NCBI GenBank assembly: GCA_964106915.2
Contig: OZ066923.1
Source of the DNA: Podarcis gaigeae
Lineage: Eukaryota
Reading direction: 5' to 3' (one strand)
Length of the DNA stretch: 64,000 nt
Each line of letters opens with the position of its first letter. The stretch's first letter is position 1. The position numbers and the translations under genes were made by a program. Shown one piece after another: positions 51,585 to 64,000 of the stretch. The notes beneath the pieces are model-generated. The model was given only the letters and a program-made list of their open reading frames with translations. It was not told the origin of the DNA and did not search any database.

Positions 51585-53527
51585 CTGCACAGAAAAAAAA
51601 GTGACTGAATTGATATCAAGATCCATCTTTCTCCCAACATTTGTGTTACTTTTTCACAAAACTACTTTATGCACACACACACACAGGCTAAAATTCATAC
51701 ATTATCTAGACAACACAGTAGCCATTGAAACCCTGATTTTGTATGGCTTGGCTCCACTGCACAACGGTAATGTATGAAATTGCAAAACATGGGGGCTGCT
51801 TGATCTTCTTGGGTACTTCCCATACCAATACTTCATCTCAGGCCTGAGAAGGAGCATACCACTGCTTCTCTTCTCTTGCTGAAGGAACTACACCATTCCT
51901 CAGGTTTCTCATACTCCACAGAGTGGGAAACAACCATTCAGATACCAGCAGAGCTATGATCTTTCTTTTGAGGTCACAGCGTACCCTGTTTTGTGGTGGA
52001 ATGGAGGGAATGTAGATGAAGGAAATTTTCCAGCTGAAACTGTCAATAGGTTCTAAAATTCACCACGTACGGCCTTAAAACCATTACAATTTAACTACCT
52101 TCAAGCTTACTCAATTACCTTTCTGCTCTGAACATGGGATGTGTGGAGAAATAGTGCACTAGGGAACTTGTTCTTCGCATACACTCACACGCAGCAAAGG
52201 AACTGGAAGCAGCAGAGCCCTCACATGCTATTACCAAACATTTTTATTTTTGCAAAAGCCCAACACACAACACAAAACCAGAGTCCTGATCAAAGTAGCG
52301 GCATAGGCCCAATAAAGAGGGGCATGGGACGAGATTGTGTCGGGGGACCAGACCTTTCTGTTCTCCCACCCCTACCCCAGTCAATCATATGACGCTGTGA
52401 TGTATTCCCCACCCATCAGTGACAACATTTTCAGAAGAGGGTGCTGTAGCCACTGATTAGCTTGGCTAACAGCAACCTCCTTTGAAAACGTGCTTTCAGC
52501 GCCTTCAGCTGATTGGTCAGGGACTTTGCAGAGACTCCATGTAACTGACCAACAGCTGATTGTCAGTTAAGAGAGCTCCTCAAGTCTCTGCAAAGGGGAA
52601 AAATGCTCCTAAAAATGTAGTGCCAGGGGCAGGGGAGGTGTCTATCATGCTCCCTGGGGCAGCCACCCTCCAAAAAACAACAACATACATTTAATAAACA
52701 CTTTCAGCCATTCTCATGAGCCTACTCTACTAATATCACGTGTACACCCTTAGTTGCACACTTTTCTATGGAAAGCCCGATAAATAAAATCAATGGCTAT
52801 TCCTCACCTAGCAATAAGGGCAGCAAACTATGGTAATGCAAGTAGTCTGGCACATTGTCTGCCGCTCAGACAACAAATAACTCAAGAAAACAAAGTCTTT
52901 CTAGGGTGTGTGTGTATTATAAATGGTAATGATTCTGGCTGTACACCTAATATGACCTATTATATTTTCTTATTAATATTGGTTGATGCAGTTGGTTGGT
53001 TACTGCAGATATTAGAAATTATATTATTGTGCATTACTGTTTTTTTATTATTATCAAGTTTTTTTATCAAATAGTAGATAAATTTTATGACATAAATAAA
53101 TAATGATTATGATTATCATTATTATTATTATTAATTGTATGCTTTTTCCTTTTGGATACTGCTTTGATATTCTCAAAAAAGTGTTATGTAAGTATTTTAA
53201 ACAAAAAATGTGCACAAGAACATACACTATTCACAAATGCAAATCAATATCTTGTTTTGTTTTAATTGATTTGATATGAAGGATTTTTCCAATTCACACT
53301 CTTGAAAACAGAAGGAAATGAAAAGAGGATCTTGATTTATTGGAAGCTTGCAGAGCTGAACTCAATATCTTGAAACAAATTGTATTTTTTATTTATTTTT
53401 TATTTTGCTTTCCAAAATTACCTTTTCAGTTAGCAAAATATATTTTTTTAAGTTTTCATTTTTCAAGGTGGCTAGCTGAAGTCATTAGTTTGAGCAACAA
53501 ATGGTACGGAAACAGAGAACAACTTAC

Positions 53528-53684
53528 TCAGGAGAGTTGAGATTGAGACCTAGAGTTGTCAAGTCACTTCCTAATGCGAGATGTACCATGCCGGGGTCTG
53601 TCTCTGCTGCCCTGATGAATGTTAACAAACCAATCATTCCAAACTGGTCTGTTACCATCCCTTGAGGAATGTTGGTAACCCGAC
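53528..53684 (-). CDS. CNOT2: CNOT2 coding exon (157 nt), NOT1-anchoring region
   Basis: GRVTNIPQGMVTDQFGMIGLLTFIRAAETDPGMVHLALGSDLTTLGLNLNSP(E); donor GTAAGT. Confidence 0.97.
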
Positions 53685-53804
53685 CTAGACAAACACACCA
53701 CAAAATTAATCCCAAAATGTCCAGAACCAAAAAACATTTACAAGCTTTTGTGAGAAAATTTAATGGAAAACAGGGGCAGGAGGAGAGAAAGGGATTGAGC
53801 ATAC

Positions 53805-53925
53805 CATCAGGTAACACCTGGATCCCTTTTTTCTGCTGGTTATTGTTTTGCGTTGTTGAACTTTTATCTCCAGGAAATTTAGGTCCATCTGCACTAGAAG
53901 ATGTCTTGCCTGATGTATTCAGATT
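53805..53925 (-). CDS. CNOT2: CNOT2 coding exon (121 nt)
   Basis: NLNTSGKTSSSADGPKFPGDKSSTTQNNNQQKKGIQVLPD(G); AG/GT bounded. Confidence 0.95.
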
Positions 53926-55036
53926 CTATTCAGAGAAAATGGAGCAAGAAATTTAGCATGAGAAAAGACACAGAAGGACAAGTATACATAAACTGTAAGC
54001 CACAGAATCCCTTTAGAGGTGTACAGAGATACATGCTTGTGTACCATTTTTTCTTCCCAATGACAACTGTTTCCTTGTGTTAGAGGTTGATCCTGAACCT
54101 CCCATGAGCTTTGAGGGCAGCACTGTAAGGGAGGACAACAGCCTTAAAACCATGGGCTCAGAAGATTGGCTGTGTGCATATTCAAGGCGTCCACATTCCA
54201 ACCCTTTGGAATAGGGCCTTAAATTAAAGCTGCAAATTCTTTTCCTTTTTTAAGTATTTGTCCAGCTGATTTCACCATATGGCATTTTTTGCTATGAAGT
54301 ATTTGCAGGTCTCCTTTTCGTTCCCCATGTTTTATAGCATCTATATCGGGGCGGAGAACACGAGCAGGAGCTCCTCAATCCCTGCTGGCCATTTTGCTGG
54401 CTGGGTGAGGATGCCAACATGTCAATCACCTGGTGTTCTAAGTGCGCTCCCGATTCTTTGAACTCATGGCAGGCTGCGAAGTCGCATGACTGGGAATGCC
54501 ACGGTGCAACCTATCATGGAAAAGGTTTTCTAGTTACCGCTGATTAGAACCGACTGCAAGCTTTGCTTGCCATGGAACAGTCAGGAGTGTACTTGAAGGC
54601 TGAATCTTTGCCTGCCCAGCATAATAAAAGATTTAAGGTGTAGGGCAGGTGGAAATGGTTGGGGGAAATGGCTGGCTTTGCAGGCCAAATTAAGAGCTGT
54701 GCTGGTCCTAATCTGGCTTGCAGGCTCCCCACTGCTGATCTGTATAAAGCTGTTCAATGCCATGAACTGGGAAATTTGAATAGGGCATCATCAATGTGCT
54801 CACACCACCCAACTCTATTTCTCCTTTACATAAAATTTAGGGAAGTAGTAGAATGCAAAATTAGTACCACAGTACATTAGTAGACTCTGAGGGTCCATAA
54901 ACTGATGCTCAACACTAACAATACAGAAGTTCTGCCAAAGAGGTTGATGTTCAACCTGTTCTGGATGAGGATAATTCTTCCTAGATCAATGGGTTCAAAA
55001 TAATTGTTTCTTTCTTTAAAACCAGGAGACACTTAC

Positions 55037-55161
55037 GGATTTACTGTCATCATTACTCGATGTTGGATCTTTGTAGTTAGAGCCTGGTAAAGCTGGGAAA
55101 TCTTCATTGTGTATTGAGAAGTCCTGGGTTTGCTCACTTGCTGGTTTTGTTACCATTCCAA
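55037..55161 (-). CDS. CNOT2: CNOT2 coding exon (125 nt)
   Basis: VGMVTKPASEQTQDFSIHNEDFPALPGSNYKDPTSSNDDSKS; donor GTAAGT. Confidence 0.95.
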
Positions 55162-56136
55162 CTGTGTTGAAGATAAGTGTACCAAATTAGATATTATATT
55201 TCTGTGCTGCTATTGATTTTTCTCACTTCCATCAGCAAAATTTTCTACCTCAACAGATAATGAAAGAAGAAATTAAAAAACAGGGAAAAATATGTTCTTT
55301 CAATGCAGCAGTTTGCAGAAACTATTATAAATGTAGGTCTATTGAACCAATTCTTCATAAAAGATTTGCTTGTCATTTTTAAGTTAACATTCTTACAATT
55401 AACAATGTCAAGGTATGGGAGGGGGCAACAGGGTGCTTTAAAAAATAAAACAAACAACATTTAACACAGTATTATTAAAGAAAGCAGTTCTAAATTGCTT
55501 GGGCACTCTTCCTCATCTAACATACTAAGATAATTTGTAACACAACACGTCCTTCCAATGGCTTATGGTGACTAAGTGCAGGAGAAAAACTGCAAGCACT
55601 TAGACTGGTAGATCTGCAGATACCCTCTAGACACAATCCTTCAACCCTTATTTCACACACACAAAAATAGGCCAAGCTATTCAAGATGGGAATGTGAAAC
55701 TGGGCTAAAGAGATGAATTATTTGCTACAACAATGGAAAGTACATCAGAAATAACTGTTTGACTCACATATAGATAAAAAAATACGAAGTAGCAGTTGGA
55801 AGTAGAATGGGGAGGAAAAATTATAGCACAAATGATCTGGCAATTCTCTTGCTTCCCTTAATTATTCTCAGATTACGAAATCAAAGTTCTCTCTTGAATT
55901 TAGGAACTCTGCCTCTTTTGGGCTTCTGGGTGAGTTGGTATAGGATTGCAGCCTAAATATGTTTTAATTATGTTTCTATTGGAATCTTGCAATTTCCTTT
56001 TGCCCAAGAAATGACATTAACTATAGAACAGTGTCAAGTATCAAGTTCAACAAACCTGTTTTCAAATATCCATTGTGCCTTGTGATAAAAGCAAACTAGG
56101 CTGCCAAAGTACCAGTTTTAAGTGACACACACTCAC

Positions 56137-56262
56137 CATAGGGTGCCCTTCCAGCTAGAGGGTTTATTAGTGGAGTTGGATTCCCACTTCCTTCCCTTCT
56201 GTTTCTGTCTGCTAGTGCCGGAAAATCTGAAAGGTCCAGTCCCGTCACATTTTCACTGCCAT
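56137..56262 (-). CDS. CNOT2: CNOT2 coding exon (126 nt)
   Basis: DGSENVTGLDLSDFPALADRNRREGSGNPTPLINPLAGRAPY; donor G|GTGAGT. Confidence 0.95.
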
Positions 56263-56337
56263 CTAAAAGTAAATGCAGGGAACTTAAAATTCTTCTCAAA
56301 AAGTGTCTCTCATAAAAACGACACTGCAGAGTGAATA

Positions 56338-56724
56338 CCATACTTTTCGCCCCATAGGATGCACCGGCCCATAGGACGCACCTAGTTTTTTTTGGGGGGG
56401 GAAATAAAGGGGGGAATTATTTCCCCCCCAGGTGTGGGGCTGAGACGGGGGAAGCCCGAGCTTCCCCCAACCCCAGCCCCCAGAACAGGCTGCTATCCAC
56501 AAGCCGTGGGAGATCTGCGCGAAGCCTGAAGCTTGGGGCGTGCTGAGCTCAGCGCGCCCCAAGCTTCTGGGTGCAGGCAAGCTCTCTGCTAGCCGTGGGA
56601 GAGCTGCGTCTCCCACGGCTAGCAGATAGCTTCCTGAAGCCTGCATTCACCCCATAGGACGCACACACATTTCCCCTTCATTTTTGGAGGGGAAAAAGTG
56701 CGTCCTATAGGGCGAAAAATACGG
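56338..56724 (+). mobile_element. Tc1/mariner (Tc2/pogo-like) MITE
   Basis: TIRs CCATACTTTTCGCCCCATAGGATGCAC ... GTGCGTCCTATAGGGCGAAAAATACGG; TA TSD; internal GC-rich palindromes. Confidence 0.85.
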
Positions 56725-57650
56725 TAATTACTAACTCTCAAGCACCAGGGTGATATTTATACCACTTTCTTGCCCCTACAACAAAAGGAAAGAAATATCC
56801 CAAAATGGAGAGATCAAGTTAGAGGAGGGTCTCGCACTGTAAATATGACCAGGAGCTTAACGCAAGCTAGTAAAAATAAAATGCTAATTCTTGAATGGAC
56901 ACAGAAAACAATTAAAAGCAAAATTAACAGTCCTAAAACCATGTTGTGGCTATAGCTAGCTGGCAAAAAAAGATGAAAAAAACAACATTACCAACAACAT
57001 ACTGGAACAGGTTCAATATAACAGTGGTTTACCACTGGGACTACAGATGATGCAGCTCTGGCATCACTATATAATTTTAATTTAACTAGTAGTTGCCTAG
57101 TGTTAAATTACCCAGTTAATGATCCAACAGTAGTTCAAAACATCCTACATGATAGAGGGTTTAAAGAGGGGAATTATGCCTGATGTCTAGCCAGCAGCAT
57201 AAGCAGCTGAGTCCCAGGAAAACCAATGGATAGTTGTGTGTCAAATACTACCATCACAATTTATGACATTCCCACTGCAGTGAGAAAGTCCAGTGGCTGG
57301 GAATGGAGAAGGCCGTCATTCCAGCATTGTGGTATCTGCTTCCCCTGAGATCCCCAGGGCTCAGCTGGAAGAAGGTTGCAAACCCAGAAAAGAAATTTGG
57401 TGGCGCTGGGCTATGATTACATGCAATACATTTAACACACATTATTTAAGTGTCTTTGTAAATAAAATAATTTAGTTTGCCTTCTAATTTATATGACTCG
57501 GAACATAAGTCATTTACAATTTAAGAACATTTATTGAAAAACATCATGAATGTCTACACAAATGTTGTAATTTGGGGGGGAACCCTAAAATTGTATACAA
57601 AATGTGCTTCCAGCAAAGTCTCTCAAGTGTACAATTTTAAGTGGGCTTAC

Positions 57651-57730
57651 CTGTTCCATTAAAAATGTTACTTGATAAAGAATTATTCATTCCAAACGCC
57701 TGATTCCTGTTCATTCCAAATCCAGACATA
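57651..57730 (-). CDS. CNOT2: CNOT2 coding exon (80 nt)
   Basis: AG/GT bounded, phase-compatible; MSGFGMNRNQAFGMNNSLSSNIFNGT. Confidence 0.95.
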
Positions 57731-59704
57731 CTATAAAAAACAAACAAATAAAAGTAGAGTAGTGGAACAGATTTAAAATCATCTGTGGGGGATGAGAGTA
57801 AATGATACATAACTAACACCTAACTAACTGTTCTCATATGAGTCCCCAACAAACACAGCTCTGCAAAACAAACATTAATTTGAACAGATTTAATGTTAAG
57901 TTTAAAAAGAAAGCTCAAAATTTAAAACAAAAATCTTTACTATGCTGCTTCAGTCTCAAAAATGCTTTGGTCGTTTTTCAGATCTGGATGACTACATTGG
58001 CTAAAATAGGTAAAGAGCTAACTGGCTCCTGCTGGAAACCTAAATAGATCCTTACAGGTGTTTTTTTAAAGGATCAGGGATTTTAAGTTGACAGCCCTTT
58101 GAGCTCTTAAAAGAAGCAATCCTCAGTACAGCTAGGATCCCACGGAATGCTGATAAAGGCAATCCATGTGAAGAGGAACAGAAAACCTAAACCCGCCGAT
58201 AGAATATGATGGCACACCATTGTATTCAATGCTGGTCAAAATGTTAGAATGAGACTGTTTCCACTTTTCCATGAATATTTAACTTAATAAAAACTTAAAG
58301 TGGAAACTTGCACCAAAAGAGGTCAAAAAATGAGCATTTTAGCGGGTTCAATGAAGCATCTTTATGCATATCCTACATTTGTTTAAGCAGGGTGTGCATT
58401 CCAAGGTTGCTTTGTCTCGAACAAATCTTTTCATGGAAAATGTTAGGACAAGGTGTAAAGTGCAGCTCTGAGGAAATGCAGAAGCAAGCATCCGAGCAAG
58501 CTCTCAAAACAACAGAGGAAATTCAAAACCTCCCCAGGAAGTAGAGATCACATATAATACTGAAAACAATCAGTATATGGTAAAAAGAGAAAGAAAAAAA
58601 GGGCTCTTAGTTGTTTCAGATTTGAAACATACTCATAAAAGTATAAAACTATTTTAATACTCAGTCTCTCTTCCTGTTTCTCCCTTTCACCAGCTGTTTG
58701 GTGTGTTTTTTTTTCTATTTAGCCACTTCTTCATTTATACTTCAAGCGGTCGGTCCACCTGACTTTGGGGGTGAGTGCAGAGAAAGAACAGCCATGAGTA
58801 TAAGATGAAGGCTATTAACGTGTTCTCCGTAATTTATTAATGCAACAATAAACTTGTTTTAGTATGTTATTTGCAAATGGGCATCTGACGGTCAGATTCA
58901 AGATTCTTCAAGTGAAAAGAACGGAACTGCTAATGAATTATCAGTCGCATTCTAACTGACACACCTGCCTTCCATTTTCAAAAATGCATTGTTTGGCATA
59001 ATTGGTATTGTTCACTGTCAGAAAACTGGAATGATGGTTGAACAGGTTTCTGTTTTAACAGTTCTTATTTATAATAAACACACTGCGGGAGCATATACAG
59101 TTCTTTGTTAGCTATTGCCCTAGTAGTTTATGCCTTGGTAAAAGTTATGTCTAACGCTCATATTCTTAAAGCACAGTAATACCAATATTGCACCTTTTCC
59201 AGGCTAAAAATGTTCCAAAAATGGATATTATATTGACCAACACACCCAGCGAGTGAAAAGATTTCTCTATGAAACAACTGCACAAACACAGAAGTCTTCA
59301 CTGTACAAAAATTGTTGAGAACTGAAGCCAGTTAATAATTTAAGAGGTTTTAAAAGAAACCTTGGCTAAATTTGATAAAGTACAGATATGACCTCCCTCA
59401 GATATGGGAACTTGCAATTGTATTTATTTCCTTATATGAAGATCTACATTACCTATACTGCAACTTAAATACTAAATATATAACATTATTTTACTTCCTA
59501 TCACCACTTTTGAGTTATTCTGTCTGGAATTATAAATACATGATACCAGTGTACTAAATGTTATTTTTGGTCTACAAGCATCCAAGACTGAATCTCAGCA
59601 GGTTAACATGGGTGACTAGAAGGTGTTCTGTTTCAAGTTTGCTTTCTTTTTCTAGTCCTTTTAAAAAAGCTTGGATCAAGAAGAGTAGATGATAAGCACT
59701 ATCT

Positions 59705-59840
59705 CAGGCACAGGCAAACTCAGCCCTCCAGATGTTCTGGGACTACAGCTCCCATCATCCCTGACCACTGGTCCTGTTAGCTAGGGATGATGGGAGTTGT
59801 AGTCCCAAAAAATCTGGAGGGCCGAGTTTGCCTATGCCTG
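59705..59840. mobile_element. hAT MITE, near-palindromic
   Basis: CAGGCACAGGCAAACTC ... GAGTTTGCCTATGCCTG; 8-bp TSD CACTATCT at 59697-59704 and 59841-59848. Older diverged relatives near 890-1015, 8880-9000, 20780-20875 and 38595-38710. Confidence 0.9.
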
Positions 59841-60543
59841 CACTATCTTATCCAGAGAAGCCAGTTATATTTGTGTAAGGGCTTGATCTGTTTCAGTGGT
59901 GCTGTTCTGGATGGAAGGAAGGGCAGCTTGTGGGACATGGGTTTATGTCAGACGAAGAGAAGTTCCATTACATACATGAAGTTCATGTATTCATATCGCT
60001 CCTTGAGCTGGGAGAGTTGACACATTTAACACAAAGCTTGGCAATACGAGCTAACTAATCCTAATGCACCGCAAGTCAGCTTTGGCTGCTGTTCCACTTG
60101 AACAGTAAGACACCCATGCTCACAATGGCTCTTCCTCATCCTCTCTTGTCCCTCATGCACCCTCAACCTCAGCTGGGGGGTGGGGAGTTGGCAACACACT
60201 GGAGCAGATTTTGGGTAGGGTGGGGGAAAGTCCTGCTGTGCCAATGGAATGCCACTGGTGTAGCGTTCAATACAATCCTAAATAATTATGTTTTGATACA
60301 TTTGGTAAAAAAAAGTTTTGATTTTAGTTTGTAGGGCTGCAAAAACTGGTGAAAGCATTTCAAAAGAAACCCAGCCAGATGGGTGGGGTATAAATAATAA
60401 TTATTATTTGCAGTAGTAGTAGTAGTAGTAGTACCCATTCACTTTCCCACAAAAATTGACCTAATTTAACTCATAACCCAGCTTTTAAAATTCAGATCAT
60501 TTGCTTAGCAGCAAACTGGTTCCTAATACTGAAACTGCCTTAC

Positions 60544-60726
60544 CTGTTCACAGTAAAAGGTTGTCGAGAGGGTTGTTGCTTTGGCATACAGATTATGCTG
60601 GGTGAGCTTCGATTAGGGCTGCCTAATCCCGAACTACTCATGCTGTTTGTCCTGCTGGGAATTCCGATGCCCTGACCGACCTGGGAGTGGTTCATCATAT
60701 TCCTAGGATTCATAGGCAATATACCC
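60544..60726 (-). CDS. CNOT2: CNOT2 internal coding exon (183 nt)
   Basis: AG/GT bounded; GILPMNPRNMMNHSQVGQGIGIPSRTNSMSSSGLGSPNRSSPSIICMPKQQPSRQPFTVN(S). Upstream exons lie beyond the window. Confidence 0.95.
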
Positions 60727-61179
60727 CTGGAAAAGAAGATCCAACAGATACAATGATGTTCAGCAGAATATCGTTATTCTGAAGCAGTCAAAGCAAACCA
60801 TTCTTTTCAGAATTGCTTCTAAACAAACTGGCTATTAGAAACATACGCATATAAAGAGCTGCCTGTATTGTCTACCTTGACTGGCAGTGGCTCCCAAAGT
60901 TTTTCCCTAGCTCGGTTAGTTTCAGATTTTTTTTAAAGGGTGAGCAAGTTTAGGACATTTCATATATATAGTGTCTTATTTTAACAAGCTGCACAGCAGA
61001 ATGTGAATATTATTTTCCAAAGGCTGGGATCAATATTGCATTACAAGCTTTCCTCCAGTACCCTCAAAACACAAGCCATAATCTAGAAAATTAAAACATT
61101 GTTCTTTTTAATGTATGTGCACTGCAAAATAATTTAAAGTAAAAACATATGCTACATATTTTAGGAACCCCTGCAGAAA

Positions 61180-61335
61180 NNNNNNNNNNNNNNNNNNNNN
61201 NNNNNNNNNNNNNNNNNNNNNNNNNNNNNNNNNNNNNNNNNNNNNNNNNNNNNNNNNNNNNNNNNNNNNNNNNNNNNNNNNNNNNNNNNNNNNNNNNNNN
61301 NNNNNNNNNNNNNNNNNNNNNNNNNNNNNNNNNNN
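61180..61335. other. Assembly gap
   Basis: N run. Confidence 1.
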
Positions 61336-64000
61336 GGCCTAGTGCACCTATTGGAAAAAAGTCAGAGGAGTGGCAATGTAGAGAATTAAGGAAGACAAGT
61401 ATGGTTTTCGCAAAAATGGGTATTCATTCTGATTTGACAGCCAAATGTGCTAGGTAGTTTTTAAAAAAAACAAAAATGCACACAATAGGCTATCTTTTTA
61501 TGAAATCAGTTCTAAATTCAGTGGGTGCAGTTTCCAAACTTTTGTTGTTTTTTTTAATTGGGTAAAGGGAACTTCCTTTTAGAGATAAATTACTTACATA
61601 TATATTAATATAAAGTTTTCCCTGAAATGTTAATGTGTTTGATTGACAAAACATTTTTTTAAGTGAGATTTTCAAGCAGCGGCTATGTTTTTAGAACTTA
61701 TTTTTAATTTGAAGGGCGCCATAAGCCTCCTAAGCAAATATTGGCTCCAAACAAATTTCACTAACAGAAACTGTTCCATTTACTTTAAAACATCCGGATT
61801 TTTAAAAAGTGTATACTAGAAGTCTTCATTTCCAGTATTTATTGGTGGACTGCAATGTCACTTACATTGATTGTAAGCTCCATTGACTTTGTTCAGGCTG
61901 TGTTAATTATGACAGGAACAAACCTAGTCTCTCCCCAGACTTGTATGTCTCCTCTCCCACTGCAGCGCCATGAAATCAGAAGCTGTTGCTTCCCATTTAG
62001 ATTAAGCAGATTAGCATTTCATCTGAATCCTAAAAAGCAGTTAATCTTAACTATGGTTTATTGGGAGCGGGGACTCAGCCTCAAACTACGGTTTGAAGTT
62101 ACTCACAGTCTGTTTGAAACAAAGCAAGATTAACCAGAATTTGCTGGGTTCAGATGACGTGGCAGTTAATCAAAAAGAGACCTGGCCACTTCACAGCTAT
62201 GCAAGAAGAATGAATGCCAAAGGAAACTAGGCATCAAAACATAGTCACTGAGTGCCTATGATTGAAATCCTTCACCAGTTCACTAGAAAATGGCCTGGTT
62301 TTCACATTATAGTTATAGAACCACAGAACTGTGCAGGCTTCTGGAGAGGAGCTCAAAGCGTCTTTGCTCCTCCCTGTTGTTTTCATTCTCTCTTCCATCC
62401 TTTTAAAAAACCCTTATGCCAAGTTAAATCAAGGTTTGGCTTATTGTGTCATTCGAACCCAAGGTTATGTATAAGGTCTCTCCTTGCTAACTACAAACTG
62501 CAGTCAAGGTTCATTCTCCTCTTTTGCAACACATCTGTGAATATGGACACAATGAGTATGTTATGAAGTTTTATTTGGCGTCTAGACCATCTGAAGTACC
62601 ACAAACTTCTGCAGAGAAGTTTCTATATTCCAAAAACCAAGCCACCTAAAGGTATAACAAAAAAGACTATATACCTATATGTTAAGCAGGGGTAAATATG
62701 GGCTTTTGTTTTACCCAACTTTGTTGATATACAAGCCCCCAACTTTAAACTCATTTGCCCTTGTAATGTATTAAATATTCAAGTGGAAAACCTACTGATT
62801 TGCCATTGATCCATTGCATGTGACACATTTGTTTGAAAATATAGAAACATTTCTTCATGTGCAGTATGCAAACTGGGACTACTCAAATTTAAAAAAGAAT
62901 GGAAGATCAGAATGGAAAAAATATGTACTGTCATCAGTTTTACAACACTCTATGTGTTGTGAAAGAAGCTGTTAATATTGGTTTGCCTAAGAGCAATCAA
63001 CAGTTCTTTTACATGCATCAGTTGGTATGTATTTATTTTGGAGTGGCTTATAGGTTGTTTTAATCTTCATCGTCATAAAATATGTTTAACTGATTCCTAC
63101 GTGTCTGCATAACTTGGAATTTTGAATATGGTAAGTACTGTTTATCTCAACATGCTGTGGCTCTTTTTAGGGTCTGCTGCTGGGTTTGATTTCATTTTGG
63201 ACTATTGCTGTAAATCACGGTTTCAGAGATAGATCTGCATAATATTAAAAAGCACTTGGAAAAGGAGAAGGCATACCTTTGGTACAACTTTTCACTTTCC
63301 ATTTTCAGTCAACAAAGAAATAGGCTTCTTAAAGAGTAGACTATATTTACATTGCAATACCTTCTATATTATTAGTGAAAAAATAAGTGGAAAATCAAAG
63401 TGAAAACCACACCCTGGGACATTCATTATGCCCAAGAAATAACGTTTAAGTCATTACTTTCAAAATTCTGCACTATTTATATTAATGTTGAAAACGGGGA
63501 TTAATTGGTACAATATCAAAGTCAATTAAAAGGCAGTGCATATGTGTCTTTTGTTTTGCCACGGGGAGCTCTAGCAACGATCTTAAAAGGTTTGCACCTA
63601 GCCATTTCCCTGAATGAGCATTGCCAATATCACTGACAGCAGAGACCTATTCATCCATGTGAGTTTGACTCCTCAGACCTCCAACAGTTTGGGCTAGGGC
63701 TGTGATTAGCCTTTGTTCTGCACTGGGAGCTGTGGCTTCATGTGCCAAAACCAACATTACCACCTGAATTGTCTAGCCAGGCTTCCTACTGTTTGCTACT
63801 CCTGCTTGCTCTTCACAGGGAAAATTTGTGCCACAAATACCACCATGCCTTCCTGCTCATGAATATGGGTATGAAAAGAAATAACACACCAGGCTATCAA
63901 CATGATTGGTATTTTTTTTTAAAAAAATGTGGAATCCTAAAACATCTTAGTTGTGAGGAATTAGATGTTAGCAATCATGAGAGCAATTCTGTCTTTATTA

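Overview
Vertebrate genomic DNA, most likely a squamate (probably lacertid) lizard, judged from Sauria SINEs and Bov-B/RTE, L1, CR1 and L2 LINE fragments plus Tc1/mariner and hAT MITEs. Two protein-coding genes lie on the minus strand in the tandem order known from mammals. The first is the 3' part of CNOT2: the last 11 coding exons at 47031-60726, with the 5' exons beyond the window. The second is the complete KCNMB4 (BK channel beta-4): 3 coding exons at 33560-33225, 14308-14181 and 4940-4772, 633 nt, 210 aa, with a CpG-island promoter at about 32.5-34.7 kb. The rest is intronic, UTR or intergenic sequence rich in transposons, with N gaps at 45946-46449 and 61180-61335. I see no evidence for a new gene family or novel multi-gene system. 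The most interesting signals are mechanistic: (i) a Bov-B copy with twin-priming inversion geometry; (ii) an internally deleted Bov-B with intact TSDs; (iii) a ~320-bp locally templated insertion flanked by a 65-bp duplication, next to a near-perfect palindrome; (iv) an inverted L1 pair near KCNMB4 exon 2; (v) a motif conserved across diverged L1 3' UTRs; (vi) an upstream ATG opening an out-of-frame ORF over the KCNMB4 start codon.
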